Part shown: positions 62,784 to 64,000 of the stretch, piece by piece
Layout of the letters: each line of letters starts with the position of its first letter
Numbering within the stretch: the stretch's first letter is position 1
Origin: Glycera tridactyla
Taxonomy: Eukaryota
Length of the DNA: 64,000 nt
Assembly (NCBI GenBank): GCA_965644265.1
Contig: OZ286460.1
Coordinates: 126,046,001 to 126,110,000 of the forward strand
Reading direction: 5' to 3'
Notes under the pieces: generated by a model
Database searches by the model: none
Told to the model about the DNA's origin: nothing
The model's input: only the letters and a program-made list of their open reading frames with translations
Made by a program: the position numbers and the translations under genes

Positions 62784-63001
62784 CAGAGCTTCAGATTTCT
62801 GGTGGGACCGGGCCTGTGGCCCACATTTTCGCTTTTTTCGCCCATTGATATGACCTGTTACGGGTACACTGGTCCAGCTTTTTCATTATTTTCAATCATG
62901 GATAAGTGGTGGATGGCCCATCATTCTGAGTTATGGCCCATGGTATCTCTGATTCATGGGTCATATGGGCCTGCTGACCTGTCAGAAAATCTGAAGCTCT
63001 G
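62784..63001. mobile_element. hAT-like MITE with 6-bp target duplication
   Basis: TIR cagagcttcagattt; catgag on both flanks (62778-62783 and 63002-63007). Confidence 0.75.
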
Positions 63002-64000
63002 CATGAGGATCATTGGAAGTGCCCTGCCATGCCATAATGAAGACATTAATGAAATAACATAGAAAGAATTAAAGGCACTACAAAACTGAACAAGTTATCA
63101 TTCTATCAGTAAATTGCCATGTCTGTACTAACCACAGCTATATACAATGTTGGTCCTAAGAGTTCACACTATCTGCAAAACAAATTAGTCATCATATAAG
63201 AATACTATGCATGAGGCTATTTTACATAAAACAATCACTGGGTAATCTCGTTCCAATAGACTGTCATAGATCGAGCACTAATGTTAATTACCGTCTACGA
63301 CTAGATGGCTGCCAATATTCTTGAAAAGTTGGTTGTATACTGGGAGACCCACTCGCCTCATTGTGGACAGACTGAGGGGTGTATAACTATGGGTTTTCTC
63401 CTTTTTTCCCCCATAATATCAATCTTACAGTAAGGTGTGATGTGCTCAAAGAGGAAATCTTTTACTCATTGCTGATTTAGAATATATAGCATCTAAGATG
63501 TTTGAATCTTAGCCATGCCATACCATGTTACCACCAGCCATTTCCCAGGAATCCAATAATTCAGCCAAACTGACTGAAGAAATTTAGGTTGAAAGAAATA
63601 ATCATGGACGATAACATCCACCCAGGCAGTCATATATCAGTGTTTTCTATATGACTTGGGGAGCTGGATAACAGATCTCTTACGTCTGACACCAGTTCAA
63701 GATGAAGTGTGGTAAAAAATTGAGATGATCTCACAAAAACTTCGGTTGAAGCATGATTGATTTGGCTGGAGTACAACAACTACTTCACCGGAATTTGCTA
63801 CAGAAAATACTGTTATAGTGCCGCCAGTAATACAATCAGGAATCATAGCATCTAGCCTCTAGCTCCAACACTATACCTACATATACTAATGAAAATTCCA
63901 AATGACCAAACGTTCCTGAAAAGTCGGGAAAGTTAATGCTACATTGCCTAGAGATGGGTCCTCAATAGATCAATCTTGGATGGGAACTGTGCATGAGAGT

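Overview
Repeat-dense draft genomic DNA from an animal, probably a marine invertebrate (inference from the GPCR and transposon repertoire). It has 10 N-gaps. The only clear host gene is a 3-exon adenosine-receptor-like class A GPCR (+, 40313-43428). The left edge holds part of a young tyrosine-recombinase (Ngaro/DIRS-type) retrotransposon on the minus strand. This comprises a 445-codon gag-like ORF, missed by the ORF track because it runs off the window, preceded by an SGNH-fold ORF lacking its catalytic Ser and His. The rest is a mosaic: about 14 pieces of a ~440-bp MITE (family A, both orientations); 20 copies of a tailed, variably truncated element (family B) that all point the same way; a tRNA-derived SINE in tandem units; GC-rich hairpin cassettes, one seen in flip and flop forms; CR1/L2-type LINE, Penelope-like and Academ relics; Tc1/mariner- and hAT-type MITEs; and several minisatellites. 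Family names A, B, C, D and F are my working labels. Repeat boundaries were read by eye and are approximate. No database searches were run.
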